A stretch of DNA of 37,251 nucleotides from Alphaproteobacteria bacterium (GCA_026400595.1 JAPLOT010000287.1:1-37251), one strand, 5' to 3'. Shown: positions 9,930-19,938, counted from the first letter of the stretch. Notes: generated by a model from the sequence alone, not told the origin. Translations and numbers: made by a program.

Positions 9930-11057
9930 ATGGAATTCCTCGCAAGGCTCTGGGCCATGATCGTCAAGGAGGCGCTGCAGCTCAAGCGCGACCGGCTGAC
10001 CTTCAGCATGATGTTCGGCGTGCCGATCATGCAGCTGGTGCTCTTCGGCTTCGCCATCAACAACGATCCGAAGGCGCTTCCCACCGCGATCCTCTCGTCG
10101 GATCAGTCCTCCATCACACGTGCCGTGGTCCAGGCGATCGAGAACACAAGCTACTTTTCGCTCATCCATCTGGCGGCAAGCGAGGCGGAAGCGGACGAGT
10201 TGCTGCAGCGTGGCGAGGTGCAATTCGTCATCACCATTCCGGGTGACTTCACCCGCCACATCATGCGCGGGGAGGTGGCGCAGATTGCGGTCGAGGCCGA
10301 TGCCACCGATCCGGCCACGACAGGCCCGGCGCTATCGGCGGTCAACCAGGCCGTGACACAGGCGCTCGGTCATGAACTCTCCGGCCCGCTGGCATATCTC
10401 AAACCGCGGGCCGCGCCGGTCGAGATCGTCGTTCACCGCCGCTACAATCCGGAGGGACTCACGCGCTACAATATCGTACCGGGCCTGCTCGGCATCATCC
10501 TGACGATGACCATGGTCATGATGACAGCCCTTGCCGTTACCCGGGAGCGTGAACGCGGCACAATGGAGAACCTTCTGGCCATGCCGGTTCGCCCGATCGA
10601 GGTGATGGCCGGCAAGATCGCACCCTACATCCTGATCGGAACGGTGCAGGTGATGGTTGTCCTCGCAGCAGCCAGGGTGCTGTTCGACGTTCCCTTTGTC
10701 GGCAGCTATGGTCTGTTCTGCGCTACCACCCTGCTGTTCATCACCGTCAACCTGGCCATCGGCTTTACCTTCTCGACCATCGCCAGAAACCAGTTGCAGG
10801 CGATGCAGATGTCGTTCTTCTTCATCATGCCCTCGATCCTTCTCACTGGCTTTGCCTTCCCCTTCCGGGGCATGCCGTACTGGGCACAGGCGATCGGCGA
10901 AGCCATGCCGGCCACGCACTTTCTCCGCTTGGTACGGGGTGTGATGCTGAAGGGTGCAGACCTTCAGCAGATGTCGCCGGAGATCGCCGTGCTGGCGCTC
11001 ACACTGGTCGTCGTCGCCGCGGTGGCCGTGAGCCGCTACAAGGTGACGCTGGACTAG
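9930..11057 (+). CDS. ABC-2 transporter permease (YbhR/YbhS-like)
   Basis: RERERGTMENLLAMP, YNP motif, six TM segments. Confidence 0.92.
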   Translation: MEFLARLWAMIVKEALQLKRDRLTFSMMFGVPIMQLVLFGFAINNDPKALPTAILSSDQSSITRAVVQAIENTSYFSLIHLAASEAEADELLQRGEVQFVITIPGDFTRHIMRGEVAQIAVEADATDPATTGPALSAVNQAVTQALGHELSGPLAYLKPRAAPVEIVVHRRYNPEGLTRYNIVPGLLGIILTMTMVMMTALAVTRERERGTMENLLAMPVRPIEVMAGKIAPYILIGTVQVMVVLAAARVLFDVPFVGSYGLFCATTLLFITVNLAIGFTFSTIARNQLQAMQMSFFFIMPSILLTGFAFPFRGMPYWAQAIGEAMPATHFLRLVRGVMLKGADLQQMSPEIAVLALTLVVVAAVAVSRYKVTLD

Positions 11058-11065
11058 GCCTTCGC

Positions 11066-11995
11066 CTATCCCTCGCGCACGGCCCAGGCGAAGCCTTCGT
11101 CATCGATGAGCATCGAGACGACATCGCCCTCCTGGACATGCATGTCTTCGCAGAGGGGATGGAAGGCTTGATGCCAGTGGCTGCCGGTCAGCGCCGCATT
11201 GGAGACAGAGGCCCCGCCGAAGTCCGCCGTGAACCAGCTGAGCACGCCATGGACGGTGCCGGACTGCAGCACCTTCAGCTTGTGAATCTCGGGTTCCGGA
11301 CAGTTGAGATAATGGAAGTTGCGGTACTGCAGCTCGTTGCTCAGGAAGTCATGGTTGAAAAGTTCGGACCGCACAGGAAAGTAGTTGAGCGTGGAGAAGT
11401 CATTCAGCGCGCGGAGATCGAAGCCGCAGGCGCTGCCGGCTCTGTTCAGGTTTGCGATTTCCTCGGATTGGACCAGGGCAATGGACTGGGTCACCACCGA
11501 AGGCATCACGACGGTCCTCGGTCCTGCAAGTCGGCGGATGTCGTGCGCGACAGAAAAGAATCCTTCGCCCACGACCCCGCAGTCGATGGTTTCGGTGAAG
11601 ATCACATCGGGCTCCATCGGGAGCAAGCCACGGCCAATGGCGTTGGTCGAGCTGTCGTTTATGATCTCGATGCGATCGGCATAGGGTGTGGCGCCGACGA
11701 TGCGGCCGGCTACTGCAGCCAGATTTGCGTTGATCTCGCATGTCACGACCCGCGCCGCGCCGTACTTGGCAAAGAGCAGCGCGATGAGGCCGGTTCCTGT
11801 CCCGATCTCGACCACGGTCTTGCCAACGAGGTCGAGCCGCGCGATCGCCGCCTCGATTGCTGCATTGCGGGCGTCGTCATTGACCATTGGAAAGTGCCAG
11901 GCAGGAAAATCTCTTCGCCGATCGGTGAGGCGAGGATGTGCTGCGACTTTCCCGTCTCGAATATTCGTGCGTCCGACTGCAGAAATGATGTTCAT
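11066..11995 (-). CDS. PRMT-like SAM-dependent methyltransferase (PRMT9/PRMT7-type catalytic core)
   Basis: WHFPMVND..RN, VVEIGTGTGLI, VVTCE, double-E loop TETIDCGVVGEG, GFDL, HGVLSWF, SHWHQA; start at ATG 11995 with SD-like AGGTGGGG (ORF extends to 12031). Confidence 0.82.
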   Translation of the reverse strand: MNIISAVGRTNIRDGKVAAHPRLTDRRRDFPAWHFPMVNDDARNAAIEAAIARLDLVGKTVVEIGTGTGLIALLFAKYGAARVVTCEINANLAAVAGRIVGATPYADRIEIINDSSTNAIGRGLLPMEPDVIFTETIDCGVVGEGFFSVAHDIRRLAGPRTVVMPSVVTQSIALVQSEEIANLNRAGSACGFDLRALNDFSTLNYFPVRSELFNHDFLSNELQYRNFHYLNCPEPEIHKLKVLQSGTVHGVLSWFTADFGGASVSNAALTGSHWHQAFHPLCEDMHVQEGDVVSMLIDDEGFAWAVREG

Positions 11996-12065
11996 CGATC
12001 TATGGCCCCACCTAAGATGTTCGACGTCCAATCAAGGAGAAGAAGGTAAAAAGTTGACGAACTGG

Positions 12066-12260
12066 TAAAGTCAAAGTTAACCAAAACGGATTCTTGGTAC
12101 ACCCGTTTCTGAAGTAATAGTTAACGGCCGTTCGGCTATTGCGCACAAGACAGGCTTGCAAGCGCAAACCCATCAGTAATGCGCCGGCTTTCTCGACGTC
12201 TCGGCCGCAGCCTAACCGCCTGATCTTCTTCGCCGCGGTGCTCTGTTAGCCGCTTGTTAG
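12066..12260. promoter_or_regulatory. Cluster of CtrA-like boxes in divergent promoter region
   Basis: TAAA-N7-TTAAC (12066-12081), TGAA-N7-TTAAC (12110-12125), TTAG-N7-TTAG (12246-12260); GATTC at 12089-12093. Confidence 0.5.
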
Positions 12261-12386
12261 GCACGATCCTTCATCGATCGTTTTGCATTCAGGTTGCAAA
12301 GTGGTCCTTCGATTGGCATCGCGAGTATTTGGAATCGCACAAGCAAACGTGACGAAGAGAATTTGGCCGCTGTAGCTGAAGCAGAC

Positions 12387-13148
12387 ATGAAACGTACAGA
12401 GTACTATATCTCCAAGGGTCGTATTGTACCCACTCTCGACGTTACGAGAGGGGAGTCTCTGTCCGAGCGCATGGTCCTCGGCAAGACGAAGGCAGTGAAG
12501 ATTGTTGTCGAGAGCGGCACGACCATAAAGTGGCACGCCGCATTTGCAGACTGGTCGTCCCTGTTCTTTGTGAAGGAACACATGTTCGATCTCGAAGGCC
12601 CTTACACCCTCAGCTATTATCTTTCGGGTTGGTTCGTCGAAAAGTATGACAACGTCGTCGATGCCAGCAATCGGATCGACCAGCTTATTGCCAAAAGCGA
12701 TGTTCACCTGTCATCGCGCGTTTACATGCGCTCGTTCAATCCGGAGGGTCACGAACTTCCGGAAGTGCTGAGTCAGACCCTGAAGACCGGGCAGGCGCCG
12801 CCTGAATCCTCCGTCGACTGCTCCTTCGACTTTGCCACCGGTCAAGCCAAGGTCGAGCGTATTGGCCGGGAGTCGGCAATCGCCAAGCTCTGGGGCTTGT
12901 CCCCTGTGACCACGCCCTGCATTTCCGGCACGAACTACGATATCGAGATTTCCCGTTCCTATGCCGAGGTGCTTCAAACGGGGCGGCCGCACTATGACCA
13001 TGTCTACGCGGCGATGATGGGCAGCGACGCTGAGATTTCCTGGATACCCTATCAGCGGCTCGTCTTGCCGCATCCGACAAAGCGGGGCCGTGCCCGCCTC
13101 GTGACCGTCGTGACCGAAGTCACGCCAGTTGATATTGCTGTGGTGTAA
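12387..13148 (+). CDS. Hypothetical protein with C-terminal PAS-like domain
   Basis: Long ORF; C-terminus YAEVLQTGRPHYDHV...IPYQRLVLP...LVTVV resembles alphaproteobacterial PAS_5-type domains; start uncertain (ATG 12387 or TTG 12363). Confidence 0.7.
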   Translation: MKRTEYYISKGRIVPTLDVTRGESLSERMVLGKTKAVKIVVESGTTIKWHAAFADWSSLFFVKEHMFDLEGPYTLSYYLSGWFVEKYDNVVDASNRIDQLIAKSDVHLSSRVYMRSFNPEGHELPEVLSQTLKTGQAPPESSVDCSFDFATGQAKVERIGRESAIAKLWGLSPVTTPCISGTNYDIEISRSYAEVLQTGRPHYDHVYAAMMGSDAEISWIPYQRLVLPHPTKRGRARLVTVVTEVTPVDIAVV

Positions 13149-13836
13149 CCAGCATCTCCTCGATCAGCTGCTCAAGCCCGCGACGCTCTGCAATCGCGAT
13201 CCACTCGACATCGTCGGCGCCCTCGGGGCCCCACTGCCAGCTGAAGAACCCGCGCTCAATATAGCTGAAGCCCATGCGATTGAGATGGCCTCGGGTTGCC
13301 ATGGTCTGGCTAGCGAGGGCCCAGATGGCATCGGGATTCCACCTGAGCAGCGCGAGTAGCATGCCCAGCCGGCCGAAGACTTCGACGACGCGGCGCGCCT
13401 TGACCCTGCGGTCGATCCAGAGTTCGCCGTGGTAGACGAGATTGCCGCGGATCTGTTCCGATATGCTTCCGGAAGGTGGCGAGGCGAGCAGCGGGACCAG
13501 CACTTCTTGTCGGCGCATGTAGAGGCCGATGGTATAGGTCGGTCCCCAGTCCGCAAGGCTTGAGTTCACATTGTCGAGCCTGAAGGCCTGCAGACCGACG
13601 GTCTGACCTTGCTCGTCGAGCAGCTGCATCCAGAAGAACCGGTTTCCTTGCGTATTGTTGACGGATTGATCGAAATAGGGCGCTACGGTTTCCTGACGGA
13701 CGCTCTGCTTGAGTGCAGCCAGTTGCCTCAGGTCATCGTGGGTCGAAACCGAAAGCCCCTGCTCGTGCAGTTCGCGCTCAAGCGAACTTACCACTCTTGT
13801 TGCTCCCAGAGGATTTCGAAGGCCGACTGTGTTCAT
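13120..13836 (-). CDS. Hypothetical protein, possible GNAT/acyl-synthase-like fold
   Basis: FFWMQLLDEQGQTVGLQAFRL...LVYHGELWIDRR...RLGMLLALLRWNPDAIWAL...RMGF follows GNAT strand/helix order; start ATG 13836 or TTG 13854. Confidence 0.7.
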   Translation of the reverse strand: MNTVGLRNPLGATRVVSSLERELHEQGLSVSTHDDLRQLAALKQSVRQETVAPYFDQSVNNTQGNRFFWMQLLDEQGQTVGLQAFRLDNVNSSLADWGPTYTIGLYMRRQEVLVPLLASPPSGSISEQIRGNLVYHGELWIDRRVKARRVVEVFGRLGMLLALLRWNPDAIWALASQTMATRGHLNRMGFSYIERGFFSWQWGPEGADDVEWIAIAERRGLEQLIEEMLVTPQQYQLA

Positions 13837-14237
13837 CGTTTGTGCCTGGTTCAATTCTGTCGTTCGCTGCCGGTCGGTAGAAAGTTGAGACGTCCGGGGT
13901 GGATCGAACAGAGTGATCCAGTGCGAAGGGCGGGGGACATTTCCTATTCATACAGTGCAGAGCAGCTGTGTGGGCCTTGGCGCAATACGCCAACAGCCAG
14001 TCGTTCCCCCGCGGCCGGGCGTTCCGCGAATCTCCGCCGCCACCTCCGTTATCGTCTTTGCGCTACCCAGATGGCGGCCTGACCGGCTCGCCCCTCGGGA
14101 TACGGTAACCTTAATGATAGCGGCCTTTGTTTTTGGTTAACGCAGCGACAATTTGCGCTCTATGTAACCTAGGGCATGCGACCAGCCGGCAGCACCGAAG
14201 GTGGCGGCGGCGAGAGCCGGAAGAGGCGGTCGACGGC

Positions 14238-15152
14238 CTAAGAAGGCGGCGAAGACCAGGCCTGGGACAAACGCCAGCCACTGTGGGCGATGAGGGTCAC
14301 GATGACAATGCAGCCTCCGACCAGAACCATCGTGCTGGGAATCTCAGCAAACAGCAGCCAGATCCAGATGGGGGTCAGAACTGTCTCCAGGAGGAAGAAC
14401 ATGCTCACATCAGCGGAAGGCAGGAAGCGCGGGCCATTGGCAATGAGGGTCGACGCCAGGGGAATCGCCAACAGGCCATTGAGCCCAATCCAGAACAGTG
14501 CCGTCATGCCGAAGGACGATGTATTCAGCAAGGAAGCCGGATCGACCTTGAAAAACACCAGCGCGATGATCGCCGAACAAAGGCTGCCGATGGCAAAACT
14601 GGTCGCGACATTCTTGCCGCTCGCCCTGATGATGGTGAGGGCGGTCGCGGTGCAAAAAGCGGATATCAGTGCGAGAATGTCCCCGAACCAACTCCCTGCA
14701 TGAATACCGTCCCACACGATGATCGCCACGCCGAAAAGGGCAACAAACGTGGCGAGCCAGGTATATGGATGGGTCCGTTCCTTGATGAAGATGCGCGACA
14801 GCATCGCAGTGATCACGGGAATCAGGGCGATAACGAACACGACATTGGCAGCGTTGGTATTCACGATTGCGCCGATGTACGTGATGTTCGCCAGTGTGCT
14901 GACACCGGCTACGATCAGGCCTGTCGTTCCGGCCAGATAGCGCAACTTGTTGCCGGTGACCTGTCTTATCGCCAGCCACACGAAGCTGATCGACAAGAAG
15001 AGGAAGATGCCCCGAGCGAAGACCATGGTCCATTGGTCAGCCATGGAGAGGCGGAGAAGCGGGAGATCAAGCGTGAACAACAACCCGCCCAGGGTCGTGA
15101 TTGCCAGACCTTTCCTTATGCGGCCCGCCTGCGCAGACGTCCTATCGAACAT
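14238..15152 (-). CDS. DMT/EamA-family transporter
   Basis: 304 aa, about 10 TM, FIKER and LETVLTPIWIWLLFAE motifs. Confidence 0.9.
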   Translation of the reverse strand: MFDRTSAQAGRIRKGLAITTLGGLLFTLDLPLLRLSMADQWTMVFARGIFLFLSISFVWLAIRQVTGNKLRYLAGTTGLIVAGVSTLANITYIGAIVNTNAANVVFVIALIPVITAMLSRIFIKERTHPYTWLATFVALFGVAIIVWDGIHAGSWFGDILALISAFCTATALTIIRASGKNVATSFAIGSLCSAIIALVFFKVDPASLLNTSSFGMTALFWIGLNGLLAIPLASTLIANGPRFLPSADVSMFFLLETVLTPIWIWLLFAEIPSTMVLVGGCIVIVTLIAHSGWRLSQAWSSPPS

Positions 15153-15324
15153 GATATCCGTTCAGTTTCCGGTCGAGACTAGGCCCGCATCTCTCGTAGA
15201 ACAAAATCGATAACTCAAGGTCAAGTCATGTGACAAAGACGCAACGATGTCACAATAACAGCACAATGATTCATCATTCACTATCAGGATGAACAAAACT
15301 TGACGCAATGTCAAACAACGGAGG

Positions 15325-16053
15325 TCAGCGGATCAGGCTCCAGCCATTTGCGGTCAGACGCTCCTGCGGCCTGAAGCGCGACTTGTAGTCCATCTTGTTG
15401 GACCCATTGACCCAATACCCGAGGTAGAGATAGGGCAGACCAAGCCGCCGGACCCTCTGGATGTTGTCGAGAATCATGAAAGTCCCGAGACCGCGCCGAG
15501 ACTGATCAGGATCATAGAAGCTGTAGATCATCGACACGCCGTCGCCAAGGATATCGATGAGAACGGCGGCGACGAGTCTCTCCTCCGCGCCTGTGCTCCG
15601 AGCCCGGTATTCCACCAGCCGGCTGTCGACGAAATTGTCGTCGACCATGGCCGCGAAATCCAATGCCGTCATGTCGGCCATGCCGCCGTCGCCATGGCGT
15701 TTGTCAATATAGGCTCGGAAGAGACTGTAATGTTCGCGTGTCGCCAGCGGTCTGACCACCATGCTTTCGATGTCTGAATTCGCCCGCAGGTTACGTCGGA
15801 AGGCCCGGCCAGGCACGAAGGTGTTGACCGGCACGCGGACCGAAACGCATGCCGCGCAGCCTTCGCAGGCCGGCCGATAGGCGATGTTCTGGCTGCGTCG
15901 GAAGCCGCCCTGCGAAAGCTGCGTGTTGAGGGAGCGCGCATCCTGCCCGACGAGGTGGGTGAACACTTTTCGTTCGACCTTGCCGTCCAGGTAGGGGCAG
16001 GGTGAAGGCGCAGTGATGAAAAACTGGGGGAAGTTGCGCCGTTCGATGCTCAC
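15325..16053 (-). CDS. bpt: Aspartate/glutamate leucyltransferase (bacterial ATE1-like)
   Basis: [46 protein letters not shown]; GTG start 16053. Confidence 0.92.
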   Translation of the reverse strand: MSIERRNFPQFFITAPSPCPYLDGKVERKVFTHLVGQDARSLNTQLSQGGFRRSQNIAYRPACEGCAACVSVRVPVNTFVPGRAFRRNLRANSDIESMVVRPLATREHYSLFRAYIDKRHGDGGMADMTALDFAAMVDDNFVDSRLVEYRARSTGAEERLVAAVLIDILGDGVSMIYSFYDPDQSRRGLGTFMILDNIQRVRRLGLPYLYLGYWVNGSNKMDYKSRFRPQERLTANGWSLIR

Positions 16054-16188
16054 GGTCGGTGTCCGGCTCCACGTCTGAGTGCGGATATAATGCCGCCTCT
16101 CACCCTGCATTCAAGGGAATTCGGCAGTTTGAATTCTCCTGCGTGATGTCCTAACCAAGTCATTGAAAGCGCAGCAGGAGATTTCGCG

Positions 16189-18119
<1,931 letters not shown>

Positions 18120-18896
18120 TCACTGGCAGATGCGATAGTCATTCTTGCGCTGGATTGCGTCCACATGGAAGTGGTCGCCATGATAGGCATCGGACCCAGG
18201 TCCAAGCACGGTTGCAAACTGCTTGCAGGCGCCGCTGCGGACGGCCTCGAGGAAGGACCTCTTGCTGGAAACGCCGATCACGGGCGATTCCCCCCAGCCG
18301 TCGCCGATTGAAATGTCCTTGGTCTTGCCGAAGCTGAAGCCAGACATGTCGAGGGCATTGGCCCTGCCATGCTCGCTCAGCTTGCCGCCCTTCTGGTTGT
18401 TTCGACCGCGGCAGACATAGGATGCGGCGTTGCGGATGGCGGTCACACGGGTGCCGAGCCTGGACTGCGCCTCGGGCTGGACCGTCTGGCTGACCCACAG
18501 AAAGAGCTGCCTCGCCATGCTGCAGGTGACTTTGGCCGGCGGGACGATGTCGACATCCGCCACGCGCGTCAATTCCACGGGCGCCGCTGCGCCGCAACCA
18601 TCGGGACCGCCCAGGCTGGCGACGGGTTCGTAGGCAAGATCGAGGCCCGCAAGCTGTGTCTTGCAGGCAGCCAGGGCGTCTGCCACTTGCGTTTCGGTCC
18701 AGACCGCCGGCGTAACCGGTGTCGCATCGCCAAGGGGCTGTGAGGGTTGATCGGGCTTCGGCCGCGGAACCGGAACGGCCTTACTGGTCGCTGCCGTCTC
18801 CGGCTTCGGCCTTGGAATCGGGATGGCCTGTGCCCGCACGTCGCCGCATGTCATCAACAGCACGGTGGAGATCAGAAGCAGCGTCGGGATGTTCAT
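18120..18896 (-). CDS. Extensin-like C-terminal domain protein, exported
   Basis: Signal peptide, PxPRPKP repeats, SYVCR..N, SEHGRANALD, TVLGP..D.YH.DHFHVD. Confidence 0.85.
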   Translation of the reverse strand: MNIPTLLLISTVLLMTCGDVRAQAIPIPRPKPETAATSKAVPVPRPKPDQPSQPLGDATPVTPAVWTETQVADALAACKTQLAGLDLAYEPVASLGGPDGCGAAAPVELTRVADVDIVPPAKVTCSMARQLFLWVSQTVQPEAQSRLGTRVTAIRNAASYVCRGRNNQKGGKLSEHGRANALDMSGFSFGKTKDISIGDGWGESPVIGVSSKRSFLEAVRSGACKQFATVLGPGSDAYHGDHFHVDAIQRKNDYRICQ

Positions 18897-19172
18897 CAAC
18901 CCATTACACCCAGCTCTCCTCGGCTTGGCAAGCGAACCGTCCGGCATGCGTTCAGAGGCCATTAAGCGCATTGCCTCAGACCCCGTTAAGGGCGTCCGAA
19001 AAGACTCCATAAACTCTAGGCGAACTCGGCTCAAACAATTGAAAATATAAGGACAAATTTACCGAACCCCTTGAACCGATCTTAAGTCCCTCGGCCGTAG
19101 GGTCACACGCATAGGGGGGATCAGTCTGCCAACAAGAGCTGACCCTGTCCGACAAGGGAAAAGGTGGATAAC

Positions 19173-19688
19173 ATGCGTGTGGATACGATGGGGGCGTTGC
19201 GCCCCGTGCCGGCAGAGCCGGCGGAGAACCCGATCAAGCCGCGGTACCTCGAAGCGCTCACGCTGATCGAGCGCCTGCATCGCCGGCTTCTCGACGTGAT
19301 CAAGGATGATTTCGAGCGGAGCGGGGAGCCCGAAGTGAACCCGGTTCAGGCCCTGCTCCTGTTCAACATTGCCGACGCCGAGTTGACCGCCGGAGAGCTG
19401 AAGACCCGCGGTCACTATCAGGGCTCCAATGTCTCCTACAATCTCAAGAAGCTGGTCGAATCCGGCTATGTCCATCACGAACGCTCGGCCACCGACAAGC
19501 GCTCGGTGCGCGTGCGCCTGACCGACAAGGGCCGCGCCATCCGCGAGCGAGTAAATGCGCTGTACAATCGTCAGCTTCAGGCGGTGGAGCAGGTGGTGGG
19601 CCTCAACACCGAAGAACTGGACCGGCTCAACAAGGCCCTGACCCGCCTCGAACGCTACTGGACCGACCAGATCCTCTACCGCCTCTGA
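19173..19688 (+). CDS. ldtR: MarR-family regulator LdtR
   Basis: ERLHRRLLDVIKD.F, QALLLFNI, TAGEL.TRG.Y.GSNVSYNLKKLV; lies upstream of an L,D-transpeptidase. Confidence 0.85.
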   Translation: MRVDTMGALRPVPAEPAENPIKPRYLEALTLIERLHRRLLDVIKDDFERSGEPEVNPVQALLLFNIADAELTAGELKTRGHYQGSNVSYNLKKLVESGYVHHERSATDKRSVRVRLTDKGRAIRERVNALYNRQLQAVEQVVGLNTEELDRLNKALTRLERYWTDQILYRL

Positions 19689-19938
19689 TCGGCGCCTGCG
19701 CACTCATCCGACGACCGGACGCTGTGGCCGAAAAGCCGCAGCGTTCTACTTTTTGCCGTAGCCCACCCCAAGGAGCGCCAAGCTCCCACAGTGTCGCCTC
19801 AATTACCGGTAGACACCGTGGCTGACGTGTGGCGGAGTTTTGACGAGTCGAGGTGGGGCTGATAAGACCCCTCAAGGGCTGCAGGTCGGGACGCTAGGTG
19901 TGGCCTTACGGCATGAGGTCGGCTGAAGAGGATTGCGG

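Noticed and set aside
11066-11995. Calling the methyltransferase PrmA (L11 methyltransferase)
   Set aside because: No PrmA N-terminal substrate domain; it has PRMT-specific double-E loop, barrel and xHW loop instead
12246-12707. 153-aa minus-strand ORF
   Set aside because: Largely antisense to the longer, more protein-like 12387..13148 ORF and runs into the regulatory region; no motifs
13778-14140. Small ORFs in the gap upstream of the GNAT-like gene
   Set aside because: No SD, no motifs, composition unlike the real genes; the region looks regulatory
15300-15314. TTGAC-N5-GTCAA as an FNR box
   Set aside because: FNR/FixK sites need a 4-nt spacer; kept only as an unassigned palindrome
15325-16053. 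Arginine link between the ATE1-like gene and the PRMT-like gene
   Set aside because: Bacterial Bpt proteins are established Leu-transferases and belong to the conserved backbone; proximity is probably incidental
19689-19938. Possible structured RNA between ldtR and the L,D-transpeptidase
   Set aside because: No recognisable riboswitch/sRNA motif or convincing stem seen by eye; an Infernal/Rfam scan would be needed
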